Shown: piece after piece, positions 20,115-28,900 of the stretch
Layout of the letters: each line of letters opens with the position of its first letter
Position numbering within the stretch: position 1 is the first letter of the stretch
Assembly (NCBI GenBank): GCA_016192525.1
Contig: JACPTZ010000218.1
Span: 9,490-73,489, forward strand
Length of the DNA stretch: 64,000 nt
DNA from: Planctomycetota bacterium
GTDB taxonomy: Bacteria; Planctomycetota; MHYJ01; JACPTZ01
Direction of reading: 5' to 3'
The notes under the pieces: model-generated
The model's database searches: none
The model's input: the letters and a program-made list of their open reading frames with translations, nothing else
What the model was told of the DNA's origin: nothing
Translations under genes and position numbers: made by a program

Positions 20115-20330
20115 TAGCCCGGATTCTTCATGAACTCTCGCGCACGTCCGGACGACGAAGCGGCTGGGCGGATCCCCGAGGCCCCGAGTAGGCCCCGCAG
20201 CACGTGCTGCGGGGCCGTAACGAGGGGCCGGCTCCCGGTGCGGGGCCATTCGCCTGTGCTGCCCCTCGTTACGCGGCCTGCGGCCGCTACTCGGGGCTAC
20301 GGGGCTTTGGTTCACGAATAATCCGGGCTA
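20115..20330. mobile_element. MITE-like nested-palindrome element, family B copy 2
   Basis: ta-GCCCGGATTcTTCAtGAA ... TTCACGAATaATCCGGGC-ta; same internal palindromes as 5151-5361 plus ccccgcagcacgtgctgcgggg. Confidence 0.75.
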
Positions 20331-20404
20331 GGGGCTTCTGCTGAAGGACGAGGCCGGGACCCGCCCGCTGCGGCGGATGAACGTGCCGGATGCGGAGCAG
20401 GTCC

Positions 20405-21457
20405 CTACCGGAGCACCCGCGCGGCATCCACCGGCGTCCCCTCCCGGAACAGCCTGAAGTGGAGCGTGGGGCGCTCGGCGCGGCCGGTGGTGCCCGCCTT
20501 GGCGATGGCATCGCCCTGTCGGACGACGTCCCCCGTCTGGACGAGGATCTCGCTGTTGTAGGCGTAGAAGGACTGATATCCGTCCGGATGCGAGAGGACG
20601 ACCGTCTTTCCATACCCCTGCAGCCGGTCCGAAACGAAACTCACGGTGCCGGAACGGATGGCCGTGACCGTCTCCCCGGCGTCCGCCTCGATGTCCATCC
20701 CCTCGACGCCGTGATCGGCGATCACCCGACCCGCGATGGGCCAGCGGAAGGCGGCGTCGACGCCCGGTGCGGAGCGGGTCACGGCCCGTGAGGCGCCGCT
20801 GCCGGCGCTGGAGGAGGGCGCGGGGCCCCGATCGGCCGGGGTCGCGGACGTGCCGGGCGCGCCCGGGAGCACCAGAACCTGTCCCACCTTCAGACTGCCC
20901 GGATCGGCCACGCCGTTCTTGCGTTGAAGTTCGCGGACGTCGATGCCGTAGCTGGAGGCGATTCTCCAGAGGGTTTCTCCGGCCTTGACGGAGTGCGTCC
21001 GGACCGGCGCCGGCGGAGGCGAGAGCGGAAGTTCGGGGCATTCGGCGACCGGGGTCTCGGACAGGAAAGCGAGGTCCTGCCTCAACCGCTCGCGATTCGC
21101 ATCGACCGGCGGCGCATCCGCCGTTCTGGCGCGACCCGACGTGCATCCGACGATCCCGAACGCGGCCGTGAGGCCGGCGGCGAGCCAGACCCCGTAGAGG
21201 GCGGTCCGACTCAGGAACCGCTTCGCGATGCGGAGCGCGACGCTGGTTTCGCGCTCGACGCGTTCTCCCTCGCGGCGCGGCCCGCGGTGCCGGACGATGT
21301 ACGGCGGGGTGAGTTCTTCCCGCTGCTCGACGACGCGTTCTTTCGCGCGTTCGAGGCGGTTGAAGGCGAGAAGGGCGGCGTAGACGGCCTGAAGGACGCG
21401 CAGATCGTCAGGGGGGCGCTCGGTCGAGGTCGCGCGGGGATCCATTCTGACCTCCAT
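20405..21457 (-). CDS. LysM-domain M23 family metallopeptidase
   Basis: LysM (VKAGETLWRIASSYGIDVRELQRKNGV..VGQVLVLP) and M23 core (GMDIEADAGETVTAIRSG.., GKTVVLSHPDGYQSFYAYNS, GTTGRAERPTLHFRLF); start uncertain (21457, 21445 or 21514). Confidence 0.85.
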   Translation of the reverse strand: MEVRMDPRATSTERPPDDLRVLQAVYAALLAFNRLERAKERVVEQREELTPPYIVRHRGPRREGERVERETSVALRIAKRFLSRTALYGVWLAAGLTAAFGIVGCTSGRARTADAPPVDANRERLRQDLAFLSETPVAECPELPLSPPPAPVRTHSVKAGETLWRIASSYGIDVRELQRKNGVADPGSLKVGQVLVLPGAPGTSATPADRGPAPSSSAGSGASRAVTRSAPGVDAAFRWPIAGRVIADHGVEGMDIEADAGETVTAIRSGTVSFVSDRLQGYGKTVVLSHPDGYQSFYAYNSEILVQTGDVVRQGDAIAKAGTTGRAERPTLHFRLFREGTPVDAARVLR

Positions 21458-21578
21458 GCCATGAATGCTGGGGCGCCCAGTTGGGGGGCGCCCGCACCAA
21501 AAGAACGGGCGCACGGCCCGCTCGATCGGTCTCCGCTAGAGGCATCGGCGTGAATGGAGGGGAACTGTAGGGGGAGAA

Positions 21579-21653
21579 TGGAGCGGCCGACCGGATTCGA
21601 ACCGGCGACGTCCACCTTGGGAAGGTGGCATTCTACCACTGAATTACGGCCGC
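21579..21653 (-). tRNA. tRNA-Gly (anticodon CCC), CCA encoded
   Basis: Minus-strand sequence GCGGCCGTAATTCAGTGGTAGAATGCCACCTTCCCAAGGTGGACGTCGCCGGTTCGAATCCGGTCGGCCGCTCCA folds into a cloverleaf by hand; anticodon loop TTCCCAA. Confidence 0.9.
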
Positions 21654-21691
21654 TCGTCGTATCGCAGGCGTGACCGACTGAGTATGGGGTG

Positions 21692-21720
21692 ATTCTACGA
21701 GCGCCGCGGCGGGCGGGCAA
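21692..21720 (-). promoter_or_regulatory. candidate promoter of tRNA-Gly
   Basis: Minus strand TTGCCC-17 nt-TAGAAT about 38 nt upstream of the tRNA 5' end; same -10 hexamer as the dnaA candidate. Confidence 0.35.
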
Positions 21721-21846
21721 GCGGAAAACGGGTCCGGTCCCCGAGCAGCCACGAGATGGCCGCCTGCCATCGAATCCGGGAGGGAAGCGGCTCGGCGGGC
21801 GGCCGGGGGTAAGGGGCGGGCGTCAGGCAGGGGAGATGGATCTCCC

Positions 21847-24438
21847 CTACCTCCCCTCCAGGGAAGCGCCCAGACGGGCCATGAGGACCTGGATCGTGGT
21901 TTCGAGGATCGTGACGGCGCCGGGGGAGAGATTCTGGGCGCCGGGGGAGGTGCGGTAGTTCTGAAGTTCGCGGAGTGTCTGCGGGTCGGTGCTGGACTGG
22001 AGCGCGCCGAAGATGTCGATGATCAACTCGTCCCGTTCCAGCTGCGGGATCGCGTTCAGAAGGTGACGGTCCCGCTCCGCCTCCGTCCGGCGGCCGAGGG
22101 CCTGGATCGCGGCGCGGCGGATCGCCTTGTCTGCGGCGTCCATCTGACGGGCCAGGGCGGCCAGCACGTCGGCGGAACCCGGTTCGCGCGTGGCCAGGAG
22201 ATTGATCGCCACCGTCTTCGTCGCGGGCGGGGAGGCGAGATGGAGGACCTCGACAAGGGCTTGAGTGGCCTCCGGCTGCGGCTTCGCGTGCAGCGCGAGG
22301 ACGGCCCGGTGACGGGCCCGGTCGGAACCCTCCCGGATGGCGCTCAGGAGCCCTTCAAGCGCCGAGGGTTCCGCGCTCGTTTCGAGCGCCCACAGCGCAA
22401 TCTCCTTCATGGTGTCCGGATAGTTCCCCTCGATGACCCGGATGAGGAGCGGCACCGCCTCGGCATCCACCGATTGCTCCTTCGCGAGGAAGACAAGCGC
22501 CTGCGTCATGTCGTTCTCGTTCTGCGCCTCGCGGAGGGTGCGGATCGCCTCCGCATGAGCGCCGATCGCCCCCCCGGAGGAACCCCCGCCCGGGCCGACC
22601 GGGACCGGGACCGTCTCCGTCCCCGGGCCGCTGACCGCCGGACCGCGACGCCCCCCGCGATCACGTGGTTCATCGGGAGCTTCGCCCACCCCGGAGGCGC
22701 GGTCGAGGAGCGGGGCCAAGGCCTGGTTCATGTCGGTGCGGCCCGCCCCGGCCATCATCTCGGGTCCCACCCAGGCGACGATGCCCACCGTGACCGCAAG
22801 AAGCAGGAAAACGAGCCAGCGCGCCAGCCGTTCAAATCCGGTCGAGGGGACCGCCGTACGGACCGGCGGGAGCGGGAGAGCGGCCGCCGGCGGGCTGAGC
22901 AGGGCGAGCGCGGTCGCCGGCGCCGCCGACCCGAACTGCTCCCGGCCCGGCACCTCGGTCGCTGCGGAGGAGACTGGCTCGACCGCCACGGGTGTCTCGG
23001 GGGCGAAGGCGGGCGGCGTCTCCGGTTCGTACCGGACCGGTGAGTCAAACTTCGGCGCGGGCAGGAATCCGCTTTCCTCTTTCGGCGCTTCGGCAGCCAC
23101 GCCGGCCGGCTCTTCCGCCGGCCCGGGTTCCTCCGTCTGCGGCGCCGCTTCACCGGCGGGGAGCGGCGCCTCTTCGATCAACTCGGGAGTCTCATCCACC
23201 CCCGGCTCCTCGACCGGAGTCGACGGCGGCTCCGTCGACCCCGCCATCCGGTCCGTGATCTCGAGAACCCACGGCTGCTCGGCGGCGACCTCAGAGGCGT
23301 CGCTGTCGAGGATTCTCCCGGCGTCGAACCCCTCCTCCGGCGCCTCCCCCTCCGGCGGCGCCCAGGAGACGAGGACGTCGTCCGGGATCGGCTCCACCTC
23401 CGGGGCGGAGTCCGACTTCGAGGCGACCGGCGTAGCGTCCTCCTGGAGCGGGACGATCTCCTCGAGAGGCTCGGCCTCCCCGGCGGGCGCCTCTTCCGCT
23501 CCGATCTCGATCGGCTCGATCTCCGCCGGCTCCGGCAGGATCGACTCGAGCGATTCCTCGGCTGGGGCGATGAGCGGGGCCTCCGACCACTCCCCTCCCT
23601 CCGCCACGATCGGGGCGAGCGGCTCCTCGGCCTCTGCTTCGTCGCGCGTGGCCATCGGCTCCGGGGGCGCCGGCCGGGCGGCCTCGGGCACAGGCTGAAG
23701 AGCCGGTGCCGCCAAGGGAGGCGGCGCCGCGAGGCGGAGGACCACCGGCGAAGCGATCCGGCGCCCCCCCGGGGCCACGGTGCAGGTGAGGAGGCGGGCG
23801 TCGCGCAGGAGATGGGCGTCGAAGTTCGGCGGAAGGGCGCCCGCGGGCAGGATCGGCGCCCGCAGGCCAGCCGTTCGAAATTCCGTAAGAAAGGAGGCGA
23901 ACTCCTCCAGCGGCACGCCGAGCGGATCGGTGAAGAGCGCGAGGAAGGCGCACGCGGCGTCGATGGCGGCCGCGGTGTTCGGAAAGGTGAGGCGGGCGCG
24001 GGTGGTCCCCGAGGCGATCGCCGCCTGGCACGCCGCCCATTCCCGTTCGAGCAGCGTAAGGAGCGCCCCGACCTCGAACGGCTCCACCAGCGCGGCATCC
24101 TCCCATACCCGTACGCCGTTCCGGGCCGGCCGGGGCTGTCCGATCAGGATCACCGAGCGGGGTGTGGGCGACGCCTTGGCCGCGGCGATGAACTCGAGGA
24201 GGTCGTCCGGGGGCTGGGACTGGACGTCGATGACGAGCAGGACGGGATCGAGCCGCGCCAGGGCGGCCCGGGCGCGGTCGAGGGAGCTGAAGCGCGCCGG
24301 CTCCGCCCCCAGCTTCCGCATCCGGCGGACGACGATGTCGCCGAGGAAGTCGGTGACGGGGGCGAGGACGAGGGTGCCGGGGGCGGGACTATCCATGGGC
24401 GCTGGTCGGCGATCCGCCGCATCTCCATCTGCAGACAC
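21847..24438 (-). CDS. multidomain orphan protein: receiver-like N-terminus, acidic Pro/Glu-rich linker, one TM, C-terminal HEAT repeats
   Basis: 863 aa; N-terminus LVLAPVTDF..LLVIDVQ resembles a CheY-like fold; TM WLVFLLLAVTVGIVAWV; C-terminal repeats of the LL..L.......R..A..AL type. Confidence 0.55.
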   Translation of the reverse strand: MSADGDAADRRPAPMDSPAPGTLVLAPVTDFLGDIVVRRMRKLGAEPARFSSLDRARAALARLDPVLLVIDVQSQPPDDLLEFIAAAKASPTPRSVILIGQPRPARNGVRVWEDAALVEPFEVGALLTLLEREWAACQAAIASGTTRARLTFPNTAAAIDAACAFLALFTDPLGVPLEEFASFLTEFRTAGLRAPILPAGALPPNFDAHLLRDARLLTCTVAPGGRRIASPVVLRLAAPPPLAAPALQPVPEAARPAPPEPMATRDEAEAEEPLAPIVAEGGEWSEAPLIAPAEESLESILPEPAEIEPIEIGAEEAPAGEAEPLEEIVPLQEDATPVASKSDSAPEVEPIPDDVLVSWAPPEGEAPEEGFDAGRILDSDASEVAAEQPWVLEITDRMAGSTEPPSTPVEEPGVDETPELIEEAPLPAGEAAPQTEEPGPAEEPAGVAAEAPKEESGFLPAPKFDSPVRYEPETPPAFAPETPVAVEPVSSAATEVPGREQFGSAAPATALALLSPPAAALPLPPVRTAVPSTGFERLARWLVFLLLAVTVGIVAWVGPEMMAGAGRTDMNQALAPLLDRASGVGEAPDEPRDRGGRRGPAVSGPGTETVPVPVGPGGGSSGGAIGAHAEAIRTLREAQNENDMTQALVFLAKEQSVDAEAVPLLIRVIEGNYPDTMKEIALWALETSAEPSALEGLLSAIREGSDRARHRAVLALHAKPQPEATQALVEVLHLASPPATKTVAINLLATREPGSADVLAALARQMDAADKAIRRAAIQALGRRTEAERDRHLLNAIPQLERDELIIDIFGALQSSTDPQTLRELQNYRTSPGAQNLSPGAVTILETTIQVLMARLGASLEGR

Positions 24439-24448
24439 TCTGCTTTAT

Positions 24449-24640
24449 CCGTACGAGGTTACCGCATTGTCATCCTGAGCTCAGCCGGCCGCTCCGCCAC
24501 ACAGATGGCGGACAGGCGTTTGGCCGGCCGAGCGAAGGATCGCCAGCGTCGGAGTCTGCGAACCGCACACGCTGGTGATCCTTCGCCTCGGCCTGCGGCC
24601 GAGGCTCAGGATGACAAGGGACGGCAACCTCGTACCTCTA
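24449..24640. repeat. nested-palindrome intergenic element, family C copy 1 (TGTCATCCTGAGC ... GCTCAGGATGACA)
   Basis: Outer IR gtacgaggtt/aacctcgtac, TIR tgtcatcctgagc (24468-24480) / gctcaggatgaca (24604-24616), inner gcgaaggatcgccagcg/cgctggtgatccttcgc and hairpin ccgccacacagatggcgg. Confidence 0.8.
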
Positions 24641-24670
24641 TGCCTCCCCCGAAGCGGCGGGGGATACCGT

Positions 24671-25957
24671 CTACTTTATCGGCCGGATCGTCGCCTCGCC
24701 GCCGAGGTACGGACGCAACACCTCCGGAAGCGTCACCGATCCGTCGGCGTTCTGGTACGTCTCGAGGAGCGCCACGATCACCCGCGGGAGGGCGAGGCCG
24801 GAGCCGTTCAGCGTGTGGACGAGCCGCACCTTGCCCTCCTTGTCCCGGAACCGGATGTTTCCGCGGCGGGCCTGGAAGTCGGTGAAGTTGGAGCAGGAAG
24901 AGGCCTCCAGATACCGCCCCACGCCCGGCGCCCAGACCTCCAGATCGTAGGTCTTGGCGCTCGCGAACGACATGTCACCCGTCGAGAGGAGCAGCACCCG
25001 GTACTCCAGCCCCAGCCGCTGAAGAAGCGTTTCCGCGTTCCCGACCAGCCGCTCCAGTTCGTCGAACGACCCCTCGGGCCGCACGAACTTCACCATCTCC
25101 ACCTTCTCGAACTGGTGGACGCGGATGATCCCCCGCGTGTCCTTCCCCGCCGCCCCGGCCTCGCGGCGGAAGCAGACCGAGTAGGCGGTGTGGTAGCGCG
25201 GGAGCGTGTCGCCGGGGAGGATCTCGTCGCGATAGATGTTCGTCACCGGGACCTCCGCCGTCGGGATCAGAAAGAGCCCGTCCCGCTCGACGAAGTACAT
25301 CTCCTGTTCGAGCTTCGGCAGCTGGCCCGTGGCGTACATCGTGGGGCGGTTGGCGATCACCGGGACGTTCAGCTCGACGTAGCCGTGCTCCTGGACATGC
25401 ACGTCCATCATCCAGTTCACGAGCGCCCGGCAGAGGCGCGAGCCCGCGCCGACGAAGAGCGGGAAGCCCGATCCGGCGATCTTCGAGCCGCGCGGGATGT
25501 CGAGAATCCCCAGTTTCTCCCCCACGTCCCAGTGGGCGAGCGGCGTGAACGGGAAGGTGCGGCGCTCCCCCCAGTGCCGCACCTCCACGTTTCCGGCGGC
25601 GTCCGCCGCCACGGGGACACTCTCGTGCGGGAGGTTCGGGATCCACTCGAGCGCCGCCCGGCGCTCCTCATCGAGGCGCTTCGCCTCCGCCTCGGCCGCC
25701 TTGATCTTCTCGCCGAGCGCGCGCGACTCCGCCTTCACCGACTCCGCCTCGGCGGCCTTCTTCTCCCGCATCAGCAGGCCGATCCGGGCGTCCAGGTCGT
25801 TCTTCGATTTCTGAAGCGTCTCGGTCTCAGTCCGGCACTTGCGCCAGGCGGCGTCGATCTCGCACGCCTTGTTCACGTCGGCGTGTTTCTCGGCCTTGTT
25901 GGAGACGGCCTGGCGGACGAGGTCCGGGGTGCGGCGGAGGAGGTCGATGTCGATCAT
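24671..25957 (-). CDS. serS: seryl-tRNA synthetase
   Basis: 428 aa; N-terminal coiled-coil arm, class II motifs FRREAGAAGKDTRGIIRVHQFEKVE and GSGLALPR. Confidence 0.95.
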   Translation of the reverse strand: MIDIDLLRRTPDLVRQAVSNKAEKHADVNKACEIDAAWRKCRTETETLQKSKNDLDARIGLLMREKKAAEAESVKAESRALGEKIKAAEAEAKRLDEERRAALEWIPNLPHESVPVAADAAGNVEVRHWGERRTFPFTPLAHWDVGEKLGILDIPRGSKIAGSGFPLFVGAGSRLCRALVNWMMDVHVQEHGYVELNVPVIANRPTMYATGQLPKLEQEMYFVERDGLFLIPTAEVPVTNIYRDEILPGDTLPRYHTAYSVCFRREAGAAGKDTRGIIRVHQFEKVEMVKFVRPEGSFDELERLVGNAETLLQRLGLEYRVLLLSTGDMSFASAKTYDLEVWAPGVGRYLEASSCSNFTDFQARRGNIRFRDKEGKVRLVHTLNGSGLALPRVIVALLETYQNADGSVTLPEVLRPYLGGEATIRPIK

Positions 25958-25990
25958 GAGGCCTCGGGCGAAGAAGGGACGGAAGGGACA

Positions 25991-28900
25991 TCAGGGTTCG
26001 GGCTCGTATACGTGCACCCCGTCCGCGGCGGCGACGAGGAGGCGGCCGGGGTGGGCCGCCACCGGCGGCCACACCCCGTCCGCGGACATCGGGAGACTCA
26101 CTCTCCAGATCTCCCCCCCCTTTAACGGTTCCAGCAGGAAAATGTTGGCCGGAGCGGGGGTTGCACCTCGTGCCGGAGCCGCCACCCCCTCCGTTTCAGC
26201 GATGTCCGCCACCAGCACCCCCCCGCCATATCCCCCGCAGATCTGAATCCGCCGCTGCGGCGGCATTATCTTCTCCCAAATCTGCCGCAGACCCTCCTTC
26301 CTCCCGATTTCGTGGAGTTCGATCCGGCAGGCCGTCTCGCCCTCCTTCTCCGCCTTCGGGGCGCAGACGCCGGCCACGAGACCGGGCCCAACCATCCGGA
26401 AGGCGCCGGGATCGGGCAGACATGGCGAACTGAGGAAGGAGGCGCCCGAGGCGAAGACCTGTCCCGAGACCGGATGCACCGCGGTCAGCGTGCCCTCATG
26501 TCCCACCCAGACCACCATTTCGCCGTCCGATCGAAGATGGACGGGAGCATACGCCGGGCTTTCCACCGGCAGATGCCAGCGATCGCGGCGCAGGGCGAGG
26601 TCATAGCCGTGCCAGACGCCGGACGCCTCCGCGTGGACGCAGAGGGTCCCGTCGAGCAGAATCGGGAAGGGGCGGCCGTCCTGCGTCCCGACCATCGTGT
26701 CGGTCTTCCAGAGCGTCAGTCCGGAGGTCCCCTCGAGCCACTCCAGCCGGCGCGGCGTGCCGACCAGGATTCCGCCGAGGCCGGGGACCGGGGTGAAGGT
26801 CCGGGGCGCTCCGCGGGAGACCGCCCTCTGCCACTCGACGGCCCCCGTGGACGAGTTCAAGGCCACAAGAAGCTCCTCGGTGACCGGCCGTCCGGCCTCG
26901 ACGAAATCGGCCCCGTCCGACCCCGGGCGGATGAGCACGAAGATCCGCCCGGCGGCCGTTCCCACACATTTCATCTCGGGCAGGCTGGTGAGCGTCGGGG
27001 GAAAGCGCCACCGGACCTCCCCGTCCGGCGCCAGCGCGGTCAACTGGAAGGGGCGGGCGGCAAGGAGGCCGCCGTCATCGAGGACGAAGAGATCGGCGAC
27101 GGGAGTGCCGAACAGGGCGGGGCGGGGGACGAGGGTGGCGGGACAGCGGATCCGCTTTCCAGCACGGGCCACGATGAGTCGCACCGGGGTCGGGCCGTCG
27201 CTCTTGCAGGTGGAGAGGAACGAGATGAGGCCGGGCAGGGAGTCGACCGAGGTGTCGTTGGCGGCGACCAGGACATCTTTGACTTTCACCCCGGCGGCGT
27301 CCGCGGGCTGGCCGGCGTAGACCTTTTCGATGAGGACGCCCGGCGGGGCGAAGGAGTGGCTCTGGCGGATGCCGATCCAGGGTCGCGCGTCGGGGAGGGT
27401 CCACTTCACGGCGGCGTCGGCCCCGGCCCGCCACTGGAATTCGCCGCCGCGGCAGACGCCGAACCCCTCGGGCGCGATGACGGAGGGCGTCTCCGGGGTG
27501 CAGATCCACGGCGCGGCCGCGTTCTTGAGTTCATCCTCGCCCGTCGCAAGGGCGACGTCTTCGGGGAGGGGCGCGATGACGGCGGTTTCGCAGAAAGGGT
27601 GGCAGGCGACGCCGGACATTTCCCTGATGGACTCGCGGATCGTCTCGAACTCCGGGAGCGCCCGGAGGAGGTCGATCTTGCAAAGGGCCGTCTGGCGGGA
27701 TTCCTCCGAGCCGTCGCGCGAAGCCATGACGCGGGCCTCCGCCTCTCCGATCCACGACCAGGCCGGCGCGGGACCTTCCCCCAGGCGATGCAGACTCACC
27801 TGCAGTCCACACGCGTGCCCCAGCGACTCCGGGGTGCGAAGCAGGAGCGATCGGGTTCGCAGGAAGTCCCATCCCCGTCCCACGGACAGCAGCGTCAGCG
27901 CCTCCGACGCCTCCCGGGAGAACGGGTAGCGGGCCAGGAACTCGTCGCACCATGCCGTGTCGAGTCCCTGGCCCTGCCCCGGATTCTTGAATTTGAAGGC
28001 GCTCGTTGCCGCCCCCGCCCTCGCCTCATCAAACGCCGCCGGGTCCTTGTCCCGCAGCGCCGAGAGACGCGCCAGCGCCAGGGCCGTGACGGAGGTTCGG
28101 AGACCGCCCCCGGCTTCCACCGGTCCCCTGGCCCCGTCCAGGAGAAGCTGTGTGTACTCGTTCGCGGCGGCGGTGTCCTGCGGCGGCGTGGCTCGCTCGC
28201 AGGCGACGGCGAGCGCGAACCGGAGCGGCGCCGCGTCCTCCACCGACGCGCAGACCCGAAGCCCCGAGCGGTACTGGATCATCGCGTCTTCCCAACGCCC
28301 GGTCTTCACCGCCTCGTCCCCGAGACTCCGGTGCAGGTGGGAGAGCGCGCTCCGGGCCCTGGCGCCGGTTTCCTTGTCTTCGTCCGAAGGGGATGGCATC
28401 GCGGCGATGAGGTCGAGGATCTTCCGGTAGTCCGCCAGCGCATCGGACGTCCGCCCGTTCTGCTCCATCACCCGGGCATGATCGAGATAGAAGCCGAGTC
28501 CGCGGTCCCGGGCGAACATCTCGTCAAACGTCGACTGCTCAAACAGGGCGACGATCCGTTGTCCGCTCGTGACGAGGATCCAGCGGTCCACCACCGTGCA
28601 GTTTGACGGGGGGTCGCCCGGGTCGCCGCACGGTCCCGGATTCAGATCGCACAGCCTCCCCCCGCGCGGCCGCCCCTCCGGGCTGTCGTCTGCGTACTTC
28701 TCCTGCCGCTCGAGGGCCTGGGTCGTGGGAAAGTACCAGACCTCCTCCGTGAGAATCGGCCGCCCGAGCCGCGACTCCCCGGGGAGCGAAGTGCCGAGCC
28801 GCGGGGGCGGGTCGATCGCGAGAGTGCGCGTCTTCCGATCGACCAGACAGAGATGTTCGCCACGGTCGCCGCTTCCCGGATGATCCCGGGAGGTGGCCAC

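Noticed and set aside
21579-21653. tRNA-Gly as an integration site for a genomic island or prophage
   Set aside because: No integrase, no direct repeat of the tRNA 3' end, and no phage-like genes were seen on either side. Neighbours are an M23 peptidase and a HEAT-repeat orphan with normal GC bias.
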